A stretch of 64,000 nucleotides of DNA from Acidobacteriota bacterium (lineage in GTDB: Bacteria; Acidobacteriota; UBA6911; RPQK01; JADFOI01), in the NCBI GenBank assembly GCA_963663035.1, contig OY760074.1, forward strand, positions 416,001-480,000, given 5' to 3'. The notes under the pieces were generated by a model. The model made no database searches. It was not told the DNA's origin and was given only the letters and a program-made list of their open reading frames with translations. Below, in pieces: positions 18,230 to 30,077 of the stretch. The translations under genes were made by a program, and so were the position numbers. The stretch's first letter is position 1. Every line of letters begins with the position of its first letter.

Positions 18230-19569
18230 CAGGCTGTAAGAGACGTTACCAGGATGACTGCGATAGCCGCCGGGCACGCATAGCGAACTAAGAAGCTCCA
18301 CAGTTTTGCCAGTGGGAAGGAGGGGTAGCCGCTGCGAATTTCTTCCAGGGCCTTGTGAATACCCCACTTCCAGCCGGCGAAAAGGCAAATGAAGAGAGCT
18401 CCCACTGCCAGGGCAATTTCCCCAAAATACCAGAAGACCTGATCCAGGAACCCAGAAAAGAGAGAGACCGAGCCGTTGCCCAGCGCACTGGGAATTCCCA
18501 TCAGAAAAGCGGAAGAGCCCACCAGTAGGGTCGCACTCTTTCTTTGCAATCCCTGTTGGTCGATGAAATAGGCCACCACCACTTCGAGGAGGGAAATGGT
18601 TGAGGTCAAGGCTGCAATAGCCAAAAGGAAGAAGAAGATCGTCCCGAACAGTTGTCCCAAGGGAATGGCATTAAAAATGTTGGGAAGCACGAGAAAGATA
18701 AGGCTCGGACCGGCCTCCGGAGACAGGCCGGGAACGGTGAAAAGGGCTGGAAAGATGGCGAATCCGGCAAGAAAGGCAATCATCGTATCGGCCAGGCTGA
18801 CATAAAGGGCACTGGAGACCAGATTGTCAGTGCGGGTAATGTAACTTCCATAGGTAATCATGGCTCCCATGCCCAAACTGAGGGTAAAGAAAGCATGTCC
18901 GAGCGCTGTCCTGACCACGGAAAAGTCGACCTTGCTGAAATCGGGGTTGAGATAAAAGCTGAGGCCTTGTTGAGCTCCCGGGAGTGTGACGGAGCGAATG
19001 ACCAAAAGAACGAGGAGGACACTCAGAACCGGCATCAGAATCTTGGTGGCTTTCTCAATGCCTCCCTCAATACCACCACTGACAATCCAAGTGGTCGCTG
19101 CCATAAAGAGGAAGTGAAAGAGAAGGACCATAGGGCCATCTGCGATAAACTCGTTAAAAATGCCTTCAATTGTTTCTGCATCCACCCCGGAGAACTGGCC
19201 GCTCAAGAGGATCCAGATATACTCCAGAGTCCAGCCTGCCACGACGCAGTAGGCACTGAGGATCATGAAGCCGGTGAGAACTCCCAGAGCGCCCACTGCT
19301 TTCCACCAGCTTTTCGGTGCCAGGGCTTTAAAGGCACCCACCGGATCGCTGCCGGTTCTGCGGCCAATGGAGAGTTCAGCGATCATCACGGGAACGCCAA
19401 TGAGAAGAACACAGCCCAGATAGATCAAAACGAAGGCGGCCCCTCCGTTTTGCCCGGTCATGGTCGGGAATCTCCAGATATTTCCCAATCCGATGGCGGA
19501 TCCCGAAGCAGCCAGAATGAATCCGACCTTTGATCCCCAACTCCCTCGACTGGAAGGCTGTTTACTCAT
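18229..19569 (-). CDS. Sodium-dependent transporter (NSS/SNF family)
   Basis: [31 protein letters not shown]. Confidence 0.93.
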   Translation of the reverse strand: MSKQPSSRGSWGSKVGFILAASGSAIGLGNIWRFPTMTGQNGGAAFVLIYLGCVLLIGVPVMIAELSIGRRTGSDPVGAFKALAPKSWWKAVGALGVLTGFMILSAYCVVAGWTLEYIWILLSGQFSGVDAETIEGIFNEFIADGPMVLLFHFLFMAATTWIVSGGIEGGIEKATKILMPVLSVLLVLLVIRSVTLPGAQQGLSFYLNPDFSKVDFSVVRTALGHAFFTLSLGMGAMITYGSYITRTDNLVSSALYVSLADTMIAFLAGFAIFPALFTVPGLSPEAGPSLIFLVLPNIFNAIPLGQLFGTIFFFLLAIAALTSTISLLEVVVAYFIDQQGLQRKSATLLVGSSAFLMGIPSALGNGSVSLFSGFLDQVFWYFGEIALAVGALFICLFAGWKWGIHKALEEIRSGYPSFPLAKLWSFLVRYACPAAIAVILVTSLTA

Positions 19570-20903
19570 GAAGCGAGCTGATCCAAGAATGAAGTGTCGA
19601 ACTGACCATTGACGAAGCTCGGATGGTTAATGACTTTCTTATGCAGCGGAATGCTGGTTTGAATCCCTTCTATGACGAACAAATCCAGAGCTCGATTCAT
19701 GCGGGCCAGGGCCTCTCGTCGGTCCCTGCCATGTGCTATCAGCTTGGCGATCAAGGAATCGTAGTGGGGTGAAACCTCATACTCAGTGTAGGCGGCAGAA
19801 TCAACTCGGATGCCGGGACCGCCGGGTGGATGGTAGGCGGTGATACTTCCGGGAGAAGGTGTAAAGTCTTCTGGACTCTCCGCATTGATTCGGCATTCGA
19901 CACTGTGCCCACGAAAGACGATGTCCTTCTGGGAAAAGCGCAATTTCTGCCCGGCTGCCGCTCGAATTTGTTCCTTGACGATGTCCAGTCCTGTGACCAT
20001 TTCTGTAACTGGATGTTCCACCTGAACCCGAGTATTCATTTCCAGAAAGTAATAACTGCCGTCCTGGTCGAAAAGAAATTCTACAGTTCCAGCATTTTGA
20101 TAGTCGATGGCTTTCATCGCCTGAACGACTTTCTCCCCCAATTCTTGTCGGAGTTCCTCAGAGACAATGGGGCTTGGAGATTCTTCGATCAGTTTTTGAT
20201 GGCGGCGTTGAATGGTGCACTCACGTTCTCCCAGATGAATGACGTTTCCGTGTTGGTCCGCCAGAATCTGAAGTTCGATATGGCGAGGCTTCTCCATGTA
20301 GCGCTCTATGTAGATAGCAGAATTTCCGAAGGCGCTCTCAGCTTCTGCTTGAGCAGTGGCCAGGGCAGCATGAAGTTGCTCGGTCTTGGTCACCACTCGC
20401 ATTCCTCTCCCTCCCCCTCCTGCAGCCGCTTTGAGAATGATCGGGTGACCAACCTCTTCCGCAATCTGCTCCAGCTTCACATCAGTTTCCTCGATAATAC
20501 TGGTGCCGGGAAGAATAGGCAGACCGGCTTCCTTCATTCTCTTTCTGGCCCGCGTTTTATCTCCCATGAGTTCTATCACTCCGGCGGGGGGGCCGATGAA
20601 CTTGATGCCGCATGTTTCACACACCTCGGCAAAATAAGAGCTTTCGGCAAGGTAGCCGTATCCGGGATGGATGGCGTCCACGTCAGCGATTTCAGCTGCA
20701 CTGATGATACTGGGGATGTTGAGATAACTTTCCTGACTTTTGGCCGGGCCAATGCAGACGGCTTCGTCAGCAAAGCGAACATGCAGGGAATGGCGGTCTA
20801 CTTCTGAGTAAACCGCTACCGTCTGTATCTGCAGTTCCTTGCAGGCACAAATGACACGCAGAGCGATCTCACCACGATTCGCAACAAGGACTTTTCTGAA
20901 CAT
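19566..20903 (-). CDS. accC: Acetyl-CoA carboxylase biotin carboxylase
   Basis: [36 protein letters not shown]. Confidence 0.96.
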   Translation of the reverse strand: MFRKVLVANRGEIALRVICACKELQIQTVAVYSEVDRHSLHVRFADEAVCIGPAKSQESYLNIPSIISAAEIADVDAIHPGYGYLAESSYFAEVCETCGIKFIGPPAGVIELMGDKTRARKRMKEAGLPILPGTSIIEETDVKLEQIAEEVGHPIILKAAAGGGGRGMRVVTKTEQLHAALATAQAEAESAFGNSAIYIERYMEKPRHIELQILADQHGNVIHLGERECTIQRRHQKLIEESPSPIVSEELRQELGEKVVQAMKAIDYQNAGTVEFLFDQDGSYYFLEMNTRVQVEHPVTEMVTGLDIVKEQIRAAAGQKLRFSQKDIVFRGHSVECRINAESPEDFTPSPGSITAYHPPGGPGIRVDSAAYTEYEVSPHYDSLIAKLIAHGRDRREALARMNRALDLFVIEGIQTSIPLHKKVINHPSFVNGQFDTSFLDQLAS

Positions 20904-20907
20904 CGGT

Positions 20908-21378
20908 TCAGCTTTTCACCTGGATTTCAAATAAAGGTTGGCCGTATTCCACGGGTTGTCCATTCTCGACAAGTATTTTGATGATTTCTCCCTCTCTGTC
21001 GCATTCAATTTGGTTGAAGATCTTCATGGCTTCAATGATGCATAAGATAGTCTTTTCACTTACCTGATCTCCTGGTTGGACAAGAGGTTCCGCATCTGGC
21101 TTGGGCGTAAGATAGAAGGTTCCAATGATAGGAGCCTTAAAGATGTAATTTTCTTCTTCTTTTTCTCTTTCTTTTTCTTTAGGGGTCTCCTCTGTCTGTG
21201 TCTCTGCTGCGGGAGGGGGTGAAGGCGTCTCCGTTGCTACAGTCTCAGCCGGTGGGGTGGTTGGAACTGCCAATGTTTTCCGGATTCGTATTCGAACTCC
21301 AGATCTCTCCATCTCGAATTCATCAACGTTGGATTGCTCAATCAACTTGATGAGCTCTCTGATCTCCTTAATGTGCAT
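20908..21378 (-). CDS. accB: Biotin carboxyl carrier protein
   Basis: IEAMKIFN biotinylation motif, Pro/Glu-rich linker. Confidence 0.95.
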   Translation of the reverse strand: MHIKEIRELIKLIEQSNVDEFEMERSGVRIRIRKTLAVPTTPPAETVATETPSPPPAAETQTEETPKEKEREKEEENYIFKAPIIGTFYLTPKPDAEPLVQPGDQVSEKTILCIIEAMKIFNQIECDREGEIIKILVENGQPVEYGQPLFEIQVKS

Positions 21379-21453
21379 CCCTTCTCCCTGCTCTGCTGCA
21401 GCCTAATACAGCGTTCATTGTCCTTAGTTGGCCTTCAATAGTCAATAAAGCAT

Positions 21454-22524
21454 CTAGCGACTGCGGTCTGAAAGTAACTCGCATCCGTTATGGGTGACCG
21501 CAACGGCGTCCTCGATTCGCACACCGTACTGGCCAGGCAAGTAGATTCCCGGTTCGACAGTGAAAACCATCCCTTCCTGAAGTTCACGAGGCCTACGGGC
21601 GGATACCACAGGCAACTCGTGCACCTCCAGGCCGAGGCCGTGGCCGGTACTGTGGCCAAAGTTCTCTCCGAATCCATGCTGTGAGATGACGCTGCGCGCG
21701 GCGTCATCGATCTGGCTGGACAGGACCCCCGGTTTTATCAGGGTAAGAGCTTTCTCCTGAGCTTCCTGGACCACCTGATAGATGGCGGGTCGTTTCGCAT
21801 CGGGAAACAGGTGAATGCGGGTGAGATCACTGCAGTAGCCCTGGTATTTCAGGCCAAAGTCAATCAAGACAAACTCGGTTGATTCGATCCTCTTGTCCGT
21901 CGAAGAGGCGTGAGGGAGCGAAGTCCGAGGTCCTGAAGCAACGATGGTTTCGAAGGCGAGACCCTGACCTCCTGCTTGGCGGAGTTCGAATTCAAGGATC
22001 CCGACCACTTCCGATTCTGTCATTCCTGGTCGAATCTTTTCTCCGAAGTTGTGGTAGGCCTTTTGAGCAATCTGAAAAGCCCTTTCCAGGAGCTGTATTT
22101 CTTCCTGGTCTTTGATCATTCGCAGTTCTTCAATCAGATTACGGGTAGGGACCCACTCAATGTTGGTTTGCCAGGACTGGAGTCGAAGCACGAAGTCGTA
22201 GGAGATATGCTGGGCTTCCAGGCCGATCCTGGGAGTGTGACCCTGGAAGCGTTCGGGAGTCGAAAGAAAGGATTTGAGAGTGTCCTCGAGGGACTTCTCC
22301 GCCAACACACTCTGGCAGTTGCGGGTCTGGGAGGCAGCCTGCTCGATGTAGCGTGAGTCCACAATCAGATGGCTTTCTGTAGCCAGGCAGCAGGCCAAAC
22401 CGGCAGACCCGGTAAAGTTAAAGAGGTAGCGCAGATTAGGTGGGTGGGTGACCAGAAAACCGTCCAGGCGATGTGATTCCAAACACTCTAGCCATCGCCT
22501 GAAGCGGGTTTCATACTCGGGCAA
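21454..22524 (-). CDS. Xaa-Pro aminopeptidase (M24)
   Basis: DFG..Y.SDLTR, HSTGHGLGLEVHE, EPGIY, GVRIED; start (TTG 22524) uncertain. Confidence 0.9.
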   Translation of the reverse strand: MPEYETRFRRWLECLESHRLDGFLVTHPPNLRYLFNFTGSAGLACCLATESHLIVDSRYIEQAASQTRNCQSVLAEKSLEDTLKSFLSTPERFQGHTPRIGLEAQHISYDFVLRLQSWQTNIEWVPTRNLIEELRMIKDQEEIQLLERAFQIAQKAYHNFGEKIRPGMTESEVVGILEFELRQAGGQGLAFETIVASGPRTSLPHASSTDKRIESTEFVLIDFGLKYQGYCSDLTRIHLFPDAKRPAIYQVVQEAQEKALTLIKPGVLSSQIDDAARSVISQHGFGENFGHSTGHGLGLEVHELPVVSARRPRELQEGMVFTVEPGIYLPGQYGVRIEDAVAVTHNGCELLSDRSR

Positions 22525-22525
22525 A

Positions 22526-23908
22526 TCACTTCTGGATTCGGGCGGTAATGAAGAACAGGATCTCGCGGGTGTCCTCCTGGTTAGAAGAGGTTTTGAACAA
22601 GTTCCCAATCACCGGGATTCTTCCCAGACCAGGCACGCGGTCTTCACTCTGACTCTGCTCTTGAACATAGATGCCGCCAATCACGGTCGTTCCCCCATCT
22701 GACACCAGGACCTCGGAGGTGGCCTGGCTGGTCAGAATTTCAGGAATTCCCAGGACTGTCCTGCCGAAGTTGGGTCGATTATTTTCCACCGAGATTTTTA
22801 ACATTATTGTGTTGATGTTCGTTACTCGGGGAAGGACGGTGAGCTGCAAAGCGGCAGTCTGGAACTGCACGGTGGTTGTGAAGTTCTGTGTAACGGGAAT
22901 TGGAATCTGTTCACCCTGAGTGATCGTTGCTTCCGAGTTGTTCAGTACCATCACGTGGGGCTTGGATAGGACCTTCGCGGTACCTTCCCTTTCAGCTGCC
23001 GTGATAATGGCGTCCAGGCGAAAGACGTCCAGGAGTCCCCCCGTTGAAAAGATGCCCAGGCTGGTAAATCCCTCAGCCGGGCGGTTGATTCCGGTCGCGC
23101 CAGTGCCTCCTACCCGTGGAGCCCTGATACCTGTCTCCGTATCATCTATAAATCTCGTGATCGTGGGATCGTCCTGTAAGTGGTCGAAGTCAAATTTTCC
23201 GGCACTGATTCCCAGCTGAACCCCAAGGCCACGGGCAAAGTTGGTCGAGGCCTCGATGATGCGAGCCTCGATTTCCACTTGTTTTTCGGCCACGTCCAAG
23301 GTTTCGAGCAGGTCGCTCACAGCCCTGATGCCCAGTGGAATATCGCTAATGATCAGGGTATTGGTCCGCGCGTCGACGTTCATGCTGCCGCGAGGGCTCA
23401 GATGGGGCTCCAAGGTGCCCATGATCTCATCTCCGGTGGCGTAATTGAGACGCTTGCTCACGGTAATGGTGTCTTCCGCCAGAAAGGTAGCTTCGTTCAG
23501 TTGTTGGCGGGCTTCTTGTTCCTGTCTTAACTTTCCCTGGGTGGAAATGCGCACCAGATTTCCCTCGATCCTTTTGGCAAGTCCCTGGCTCTGTAGAACC
23601 GCCTCAAAGAGTTGGTCCCAGGGCACCTGTTCTACATTCAGCGTGAGCGATCCAGCCACCTCCGGGTCAATCAGAATGTTCAGGCCGCTCAGTTCCGAAA
23701 TGGTTCTGAAGAAATCGGAGACAGAGATCTGGACCACCTTCAAGGAAACAGGTTCGCCCTCGAAAGAAAGCTGCTCGACTGCCAGTGCCGCTGGAAGGTT
23801 CCCTTGAGCCCGTGCGTTGACCGAGTAAAACGGAAAGGAGCACACGACAGCCAGAAGGAACACTTGAGATAGGCCTTGTGGTAAGACGTATTTTTTTGTA
23901 TTGGTCAT
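22526..23908 (-). CDS. pilQ: Type IV pilus secretin PilQ
   Basis: VPWDQ, DARTNTL, QVEIEARI, GGTTVIGGI, VPGLGRIPVIGNLF. Confidence 0.9.
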   Translation of the reverse strand: MTNTKKYVLPQGLSQVFLLAVVCSFPFYSVNARAQGNLPAALAVEQLSFEGEPVSLKVVQISVSDFFRTISELSGLNILIDPEVAGSLTLNVEQVPWDQLFEAVLQSQGLAKRIEGNLVRISTQGKLRQEQEARQQLNEATFLAEDTITVSKRLNYATGDEIMGTLEPHLSPRGSMNVDARTNTLIISDIPLGIRAVSDLLETLDVAEKQVEIEARIIEASTNFARGLGVQLGISAGKFDFDHLQDDPTITRFIDDTETGIRAPRVGGTGATGINRPAEGFTSLGIFSTGGLLDVFRLDAIITAAEREGTAKVLSKPHVMVLNNSEATITQGEQIPIPVTQNFTTTVQFQTAALQLTVLPRVTNINTIMLKISVENNRPNFGRTVLGIPEILTSQATSEVLVSDGGTTVIGGIYVQEQSQSEDRVPGLGRIPVIGNLFKTSSNQEDTREILFFITARIQK

Positions 23909-23916
23909 TCTCTCTC

Positions 23917-24366
23917 CTAATCTTCTTCGGACATCAGCCTTTTGACCACCCTCAGGTTCTCCGCATTGCCCCGGGCGTCAAAGGCTTCCTGAATGAACAC
24001 GACCTCTTGCTGGGAAATTTCGAATATATACCCGTCAAACAGCCTGGCGTCTTCTCGGGCCATGTAGGTGAAACCGTCAACGCCCATCAGAAGGACGACT
24101 TTAGACTCCTCCCCAACCGCCACACCGGTGATGGCCACCTCTTCGATGGCAAGTCCCACCAGGCCCAAGGGTCTTTCGCTCAGGGGCGGGAGTTCGGGAA
24201 TGAATACCTCGGGTTGTTCTTCGCGAAACAGCTCGTCCAAGTCGACAAAGGGATCTCTCCTCCCTCTGGGATCATAGATTTGAGCCTGAAGCTCTACGGG
24301 CAGGCTCAAGCCACAAGAGAGCACGATCAGGAAAGTACTGAGAAACCCCTTACAAGCCTTTGCCAT
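23917..24366 (-). CDS. PilP-like protein
   Basis: Signal peptide then YDPRGRRDPF; lies between pilO and pilQ. Confidence 0.75.
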   Translation of the reverse strand: MAKACKGFLSTFLIVLSCGLSLPVELQAQIYDPRGRRDPFVDLDELFREEQPEVFIPELPPLSERPLGLVGLAIEEVAITGVAVGEESKVVLLMGVDGFTYMAREDARLFDGYIFEISQQEVVFIQEAFDARGNAENLRVVKRLMSEED

Positions 24367-24400
24367 CTTCTTCCTTCTTTCCAAGTTACCGTTGCGGGTT

Positions 24401-24967
24401 CTAGCTCGACTCTGGTTCCACAAAAACAAAAGTGGTGGCGGTACAGGTTGCCGATATGGTCCGGTCTGGATCCGCGTTGGAAAGGGCTCTGATTTCGATG
24501 TTCTTGACGTTGATAATTCGTTGGAAATTAGCCACCCTTTGGAAGAAAAGTCCCAAGTTGTTGTAGCTGCCTTCCAGAGACATCCGAATCGGCCAATCTT
24601 GGTAAAATTCGTGTTGTTCCGTTGCCTGGGGGGTGAAGCTTCTGATGCTGAGATCAGATTCAACGGCTAACTCTTCAATTCGACGAACGATTTCGGCTGT
24701 TTCTTTCTCATCGGGCAGAACCTGATTGAGTTCATCCAACTGGCTCTCCAGCTCACCAACTTCCAGTTCGAATTGGGGAAGTCTGTCCGCTACGGTCCGC
24801 CCCGCCTCGACTTCGTTGGTGAGTTGAACTATGCTGTCCCTCTGGGAAGCGATTTCGACAGTGGCAGGATTGATCACGGAGTACCAGAAAAAACCCAGCC
24901 CAACTACAGCCAGGCCGGCAAGTAGGATTTGCTGCTGTTGCGGTAAGTCAGCAATCTTCTGGATCAT
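24401..24967 (-). CDS. pilO: Type IV pilus assembly protein PilO
   Basis: TM plus coiled coil, LPDEKE, FYQDWPI..GSYNNLGLFF...RIINV. Confidence 0.88.
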   Translation of the reverse strand: MIQKIADLPQQQQILLAGLAVVGLGFFWYSVINPATVEIASQRDSIVQLTNEVEAGRTVADRLPQFELEVGELESQLDELNQVLPDEKETAEIVRRIEELAVESDLSIRSFTPQATEQHEFYQDWPIRMSLEGSYNNLGLFFQRVANFQRIINVKNIEIRALSNADPDRTISATCTATTFVFVEPESS

Positions 24968-25510
24968 TCGCTTTCGTCCTCAGTCGCAGTCTCACAATGC
25001 AGTTGGAATTTGATACTGCTTTCCTGGTCCTGTTCCCAAAATTGAAGATCGACATAATTGAAGGCACGAGTATTGTCCAGAGCGGCAATAAAATCGGCCA
25101 CAAATGGCACGTCAAACGCCCGTCCCTCAATAGTGAGGAGGTTATCTTGCTGGACCAAACTTGTCAGCCACAGTCCGGGAGGGTTGTTGGGAACGCTGCC
25201 AATTACAACATTCATCAACTCCACAGGCCCTGATTTGGTTGTCCTTGAGCCGTTCGATAATGGCAATCCGCTCCTCCAGTGACCGTTTCCGGTCTTCAAA
25301 TTCCTCAACCTTGGCCGTGATCTCCTGCAGCCTTATACTTTTCGCCTGGAGCTGGTCAACCGTCACCTGCAGGCTGGCACGAGTGCTGGTGACGTTCCAG
25401 TACCAGCCTCCCACGCCCATCGCAGCCAGGAGAATCCCTAAGATGGCGTACTGCTGCACCGGTGTGGATGTAACTGCCTCGAAGGTTGGGTAGAGGTTGA
25501 CTCTTATCAT
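24964..25510 (-). pseudogene. pilN: PilN, frameshifted near 25234-25236
   Basis: MIRVNL...IIERLKDNQ continues as SGPVELM...GLWLTSL in another frame; one extra A in CAAA. Confidence 0.8.
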
Positions 25511-26047
25511 CGGTCCCTAACGCTCCTCAGGCTCCACATCTCAAATTGACTCATACATGTACGATATCCGAAAGTCTTCTGGAGTTCCAGAATCGGTCCT
25601 TCCGAGACCGATCGCAATCTGGATCCGGCAGTCCTCTCATGCTGGATTTTCTGAGCTTCGTATGGATTTCCGCTGTCTGGCCTGACCGGAAACAGGGAAA
25701 CGGCAAACATACCGACACTCGCACTTACCAAGCTTCTTGCTTCCCCAGAAAACAAAGCAGCAAGCTCCTTGAGCGAAGCTGACTGCGGAACACTGCCTAC
25801 CATAGGATCCTAGTATGACAGTTTCCGGAACCGAGTTAAATTTTTTCCACAATTTTTTCACAGTTTTTCCACTCGCCGGGGTTATGCAGTAGAAAACCTG
25901 TTGCGTCATTCCGGCTCGAGCCATTAGCCCTTCAAGAGGTCTTCTGAAGCTCTGTTTACTACCCCGAAAACTTGACAGTGATGAACTCGTTCCTGTATTT
26001 TTTGCGTTTACTTTTTAGACGGTTGTAAAAAGTATAGGGGCCCATCT

Positions 26048-26476
26048 GTGAAGACGTACATAAAGCCTGTGAATGAGATCGAGCGGAAATGGTATCTGGT
26101 GGATGCTGAAGATCGAATCTTGGGCCGTCTGGCCTCACGCATCGCCTCCATTCTCATGGGCAAGGAAAAGCCGTGGTATTGTGATTTTCTCGACACAGGC
26201 GATTTCCTGATAGTGGTCAACGCCGACAAGATCACGCTCACCGGGAAGAAGTGGGAAAAGAAGACTTATTACGCCCATAGTGGCTATCCTGGCGGTCTCA
26301 AGGAAATCCGAGCCAAGGACTTGCTCAGCAAGCACCCTGAACGTCTGATGAGGTTTGCCGTAAGAGGGATGCTTCCCAAGAACAAGTTAGGGCGGAAGAT
26401 GTTAAAGAAGCTAAAGGTCTATGCTGGTAGCGATCATCCGCACCAGGCGCAGAGGCCTGAGGCCCTGGTGTTTTGA
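26048..26476 (+). CDS. rplM: 50S ribosomal protein L13
   Basis: [37 protein letters not shown]. Confidence 0.97.
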   Translation: MKTYIKPVNEIERKWYLVDAEDRILGRLASRIASILMGKEKPWYCDFLDTGDFLIVVNADKITLTGKKWEKKTYYAHSGYPGGLKEIRAKDLLSKHPERLMRFAVRGMLPKNKLGRKMLKKLKVYAGSDHPHQAQRPEALVF

Positions 26477-26490
26477 GGAGATTATAAGGA

Positions 26491-26883
26491 TTGGAAAAGA
26501 CTCAGTACTATGGAACTGGCAAAAGGAAGACCTCAACGGCCCGAGTCTTCTTAATGCCAGGGACGGGGCAGATTGTAGTGAACCGCCTCGATTTTCAGGA
26601 TTATTTTAAAAGTAAGGTCCAGCGCATGGTTGTCACCCAGCCGCTGGTTTTGACGGAACAGTCCGATGCGTTTGATGTCTACATCAACGTCAAGGGCGGA
26701 GGCTATACCGGACAGGCGGGTGCCGCTCGACTGGGAATTGCGCGGGCGTTATTGGAATTTGATTCTGGCCTGCGTGAGAAATTGAAAAAAGCGAGGTTTC
26801 TCAACCGCGATTCACGAATCAAAGAACGCAAGAAATACGGTCAGCCAGGCGCCAGGAAGCGCTTTCAATTTTCCAAACGATAA
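26491..26883 (+). CDS. rpsI: 30S ribosomal protein S9
   Basis: [35 protein letters not shown]. Confidence 0.97.
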   Translation: MEKTQYYGTGKRKTSTARVFLMPGTGQIVVNRLDFQDYFKSKVQRMVVTQPLVLTEQSDAFDVYINVKGGGYTGQAGAARLGIARALLEFDSGLREKLKKARFLNRDSRIKERKKYGQPGARKRFQFSKR

Positions 26884-26897
26884 TCAGGAGGAGCTGT

Positions 26898-28067
26898 TTG
26901 GGAGCGATCTCGATAAAACAATTGCTGGAGGCGGGCGTTCATTTTGGTCATCAGACTGGGCGCTGGAACCCGAAGATGAAGCCTTTCATCTTTGGGAAGC
27001 GCAGCGGTGTTCACATCATCGATCTCCAGAAAACCCTCCGGCTTTTCAAAGAAGCTGTCGAGTTTGTCACCAATATTGCCGCCCAGGGGAAGACAGTTCT
27101 CTTCGTCGGGACCAAGGGCCAGGCCCAGGAAACAGTCGAGGAAGAAGCGCGTCGCTGTGGGATGTATTGGGTGAACAATCGATGGTTAGGCGGATTGCTC
27201 ACCAACTTTCCCACTGTTCAGAAGAGCATCAAGCGTTACCGGGAACTGGAGTCCATGCGCGACAATGGATTTTACGAAAAGCTTTCAAAAAAGGAAGTTG
27301 CACGCCTTGAGCGTGAACGAAAAAAGCTGGAGAAGAATTTACTGGGGATCAAGGATATAGAGCAATGTCCCGATGTTCTGTTTGTGGTGGATTCAAGACA
27401 GGAAACCATAGCCGTCAAGGAGGCCGCCAAACTGAAGATTCCGATCATTGCCATCGTCGATACCAACAGTGACCCCGATTCGATCGACTACATCATTCCC
27501 GGCAATGACGATGCCTTGAGAGCCATCAAATTGTTTGCCGGAACCATGGCTGACGCCATCCTGGCAGGGAAGGCTCTCCATACGGCTCGCGTGGAAGCTG
27601 AAACGAAAGAAACCGATGACAAGGCCGCCAAGGAAGCAGCTCAGCGCCAAGCGGCCAAGGAGGCGAAAGAGGCTGTCCTGAAGGCTACCAGAGAGCGGGA
27701 TGAGGCCGAGGGGTTGGCGACTGCGACTGCTGAGGAGGAAAGTGGAGAGGTCAAGGAAACCGAATCAGGAGCGGTCGAGCCAGCTGTGGTCGTCGAAGAG
27801 GCAACAGACGAAGGGACAGCCCTCCCGGCCCGGGAAATGAAGAAGGAAGAGAAAGAAGAGGCGCCCAAGAAGAAAAAGGCACCAGCCAAAAAGGCGAAAG
27901 GTGAGGCGAAAAAGGCCAAATCGACTCAGGCGGCCAAAAAGACAGCTTCCAAAACCCGCAAGACTGCCTCTGCAAAGAGCAAGTCCACGAAGCCCCGGGG
28001 CAAGTCAAAGACCCCTACAAAGCCTGATTCTGAGGAACCTTCTGCTGCTTCCAGCTCTTCCAGCTGA
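26898..28067 (+). CDS. rpsB: 30S ribosomal protein S2 with long C-terminal extension
   Basis: [32 protein letters not shown]. Confidence 0.96.
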   Translation: MGAISIKQLLEAGVHFGHQTGRWNPKMKPFIFGKRSGVHIIDLQKTLRLFKEAVEFVTNIAAQGKTVLFVGTKGQAQETVEEEARRCGMYWVNNRWLGGLLTNFPTVQKSIKRYRELESMRDNGFYEKLSKKEVARLERERKKLEKNLLGIKDIEQCPDVLFVVDSRQETIAVKEAAKLKIPIIAIVDTNSDPDSIDYIIPGNDDALRAIKLFAGTMADAILAGKALHTARVEAETKETDDKAAKEAAQRQAAKEAKEAVLKATRERDEAEGLATATAEEESGEVKETESGAVEPAVVVEEATDEGTALPAREMKKEEKEEAPKKKKAPAKKAKGEAKKAKSTQAAKKTASKTRKTASAKSKSTKPRGKSKTPTKPDSEEPSAASSSSS

Positions 28068-28128
28068 GGCTGAACAAGGCCGATTCTTATAACCCCGCCA
28101 GCCGAAAAGACAGAGAAGGAGGACGTTA

Positions 28129-28722
28129 ATGGCTATTTCTGCGGAACAAGTAAAAGCACTTCGAGATCAGACTGGTGCTGGAATGATGGAGTGTAAGAAG
28201 GCCCTTGTGGAAGCCGACGGCGATTTCCAGAAAGCCGTTACCCTCCTTCGGGAACGGGGTTTGGCGGCAGCTTCGAAGAGAGCGGATCGCGAGACGAAAG
28301 AAGGAATCATCGGTCAGTATATCCATGCCGGGGGAAGGCTTGGTGTTTTGTTGGAGGTCGACTGCGAAACGGATTTTGTGGCCGGCACTGACGAATTTCA
28401 AGAACTGGTCCGCGATCTCGCGATGCAGATCGCCGCTTCCAGTCCGTCCTTTGTGCGGCGCGAAGATGTCAGTCAGGAAAACATCGAAAAGGAAAAGGAA
28501 ATCTACCAGAAGCAGGCACTGGCTGCTGGTAAACCTGAAAAGGTTGTAGAGAGAATAGTTGAAGGAAAGCTCAATAAATACTATTCTGAAGTCTGCCTGT
28601 ACGAGCAGCCGTTTATTAAAGATTCTGAAGTGACCGTTGAGGAATTGATAAAGTCCAAGATTGCCATCGTCAAAGAGAATATCTCTGTGAAACGGTTCGC
28701 TCGTTTTAAAGTCGGGGAATAA
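28129..28722 (+). CDS. tsf: Elongation factor Ts (short form)
   Basis: [30 protein letters not shown]. Confidence 0.96.
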   Translation: MAISAEQVKALRDQTGAGMMECKKALVEADGDFQKAVTLLRERGLAAASKRADRETKEGIIGQYIHAGGRLGVLLEVDCETDFVAGTDEFQELVRDLAMQIAASSPSFVRREDVSQENIEKEKEIYQKQALAAGKPEKVVERIVEGKLNKYYSEVCLYEQPFIKDSEVTVEELIKSKIAIVKENISVKRFARFKVGE

Positions 28723-28738
28723 ATAGGGGAAAAGGCAG

Positions 28739-29509
28739 ATGACTCGGGAAGCGGCTCACAAGGAAAAACCAGCTTCCGTGGAAGCTGTCGAAGTCCAAAA
28801 GCCTCGCTATTCGCGAATTCTCATAAAGCTCAGCGGAGAAGCCCTGATGGGCTTTCAAACATTTGGCGTGGATCCGGCAGTGATGGGGAAGATTGCCCGC
28901 CAGGTCGTGGAAGTTCATCAACTCGGGGTTGAAATCGCGATCGTCGTGGGAGGAGGAAATATCGTCCGAGGTGTCAAGGTGAGCGAAGCCGGTTTCGACC
29001 GAGCCACCGGGGATTATATGGGCATGTTGGCTACGATGATTAACGCCCTTGCACTGCAAAGCGCGCTGGAGAAAGAGGGCGTTTTTACTCGAGTTCTGAG
29101 TGCGATCCAGATGTCCGAGGTGGCCGAGCCGTTTATTCGACGCAGAGCCATTCGACACCTGGAGAAGAAGAGAGTGGTCATCTTGGCTGCCGGCACAGGT
29201 AATCCTTACTTCTCTACCGACACCGCCGCTGTTTTGAGAGCCATGGAGGTCCAGGCGGAGGTTATTTTGAAGGCGACCAAAGTGGATGGAGTTTTTGACA
29301 GCGATCCAGCGGAAAACGAAAACGCTAAGCTCTTGAAGAAGGTCACTTACTTTCAAGTCTTGGAGATGGGTCTGAAGGTCATGGATTCGACTGCCATTTC
29401 CCTGTGTATGGACCATGGGCTACCCATTGTCGTTTTCAACTTGCGGAAAGAAGGTAATATCAAGGAGGCAGTGCTGGGACGGGAAGTGGGATCAGTCATC
29501 ATGAACTAG
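28739..29509 (+). CDS. pyrH: UMP kinase
   Basis: [27 protein letters not shown]. Confidence 0.96.
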   Translation: MTREAAHKEKPASVEAVEVQKPRYSRILIKLSGEALMGFQTFGVDPAVMGKIARQVVEVHQLGVEIAIVVGGGNIVRGVKVSEAGFDRATGDYMGMLATMINALALQSALEKEGVFTRVLSAIQMSEVAEPFIRRRAIRHLEKKRVVILAAGTGNPYFSTDTAAVLRAMEVQAEVILKATKVDGVFDSDPAENENAKLLKKVTYFQVLEMGLKVMDSTAISLCMDHGLPIVVFNLRKEGNIKEAVLGREVGSVIMN

Positions 29510-29513
29510 CCCG

Positions 29514-30077
29514 ATGAAAGAGATTCAAGAAATTCTCACAGAAACCAAACATCGCATGCAAAAGACCCTCGAAGACCTGACGAGGGAGCTTTCCACAATT
29601 CGAACGGGACGAGCCTCGGTTCACCTTCTGGACCACGTGAGTGTGGACTACTATGGGACTCCAACTCCCGTCAACCAGCTGGCGACTCTGCATGCTCCAG
29701 AACCCAGCCTGATTACCATCCAGCCCTGGGACCTCTCCCAAATCGAGAGCATTGAAAAAGCCATTCTCACTTCCGATTTGAGTCTCAACCCCTCTAACGA
29801 TGGCAAGATCATTCGAATACCCATCCCGGCTCTGACCCAGGAAAGACGCGAATCCCTGGCCAAACAGGTTCGCAAAGCCGCTGAGGATCACCGAACTGCA
29901 CTCCGCAACATTCGTCGAGATGGCAATGAAAAGCTGAAAAAGTTACTGAAAGAGAAAGAGATCTCCGAGGATCTGGAACACCATGGACTGGATCAAGTCC
30001 AGGAGGCGACCGACAAGTACATCAAAGAGATTGACGAGCTGGCCAAGCAAAAGGAAAAGGAAATCATCGAAGTCTAG
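29514..30077 (+). CDS. frr: Ribosome recycling factor
   Basis: IRTGRA, VDYYG, RNIRRD. Confidence 0.96.
   Translation: MKEIQEILTETKHRMQKTLEDLTRELSTIRTGRASVHLLDHVSVDYYGTPTPVNQLATLHAPEPSLITIQPWDLSQIESIEKAILTSDLSLNPSNDGKIIRIPIPALTQERRESLAKQVRKAAEDHRTALRNIRRDGNEKLKKLLKEKEISEDLEHHGLDQVQEATDKYIKEIDELAKQKEKEIIEV

Noticed and set aside
17594-18388. N-terminal extensions in the ORF track (thiE, pilP-like, M24 peptidase, hisC, hisF, BtuD-like, radical SAM)
   Set aside because: They overlap upstream genes or repeats, and better downstream starts exist
25507-25924. ORFs upstream of pilN as pilM, or a c-di-GMP riboswitch
   Set aside because: No actin-like PilM motifs; the GGCAAAC on the plus strand lacks the rest of the GEMM consensus and is on the wrong strand
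28129-28722. Truncated tsf pseudogene
   Set aside because: Short ~200-aa EF-Ts is a known intact form
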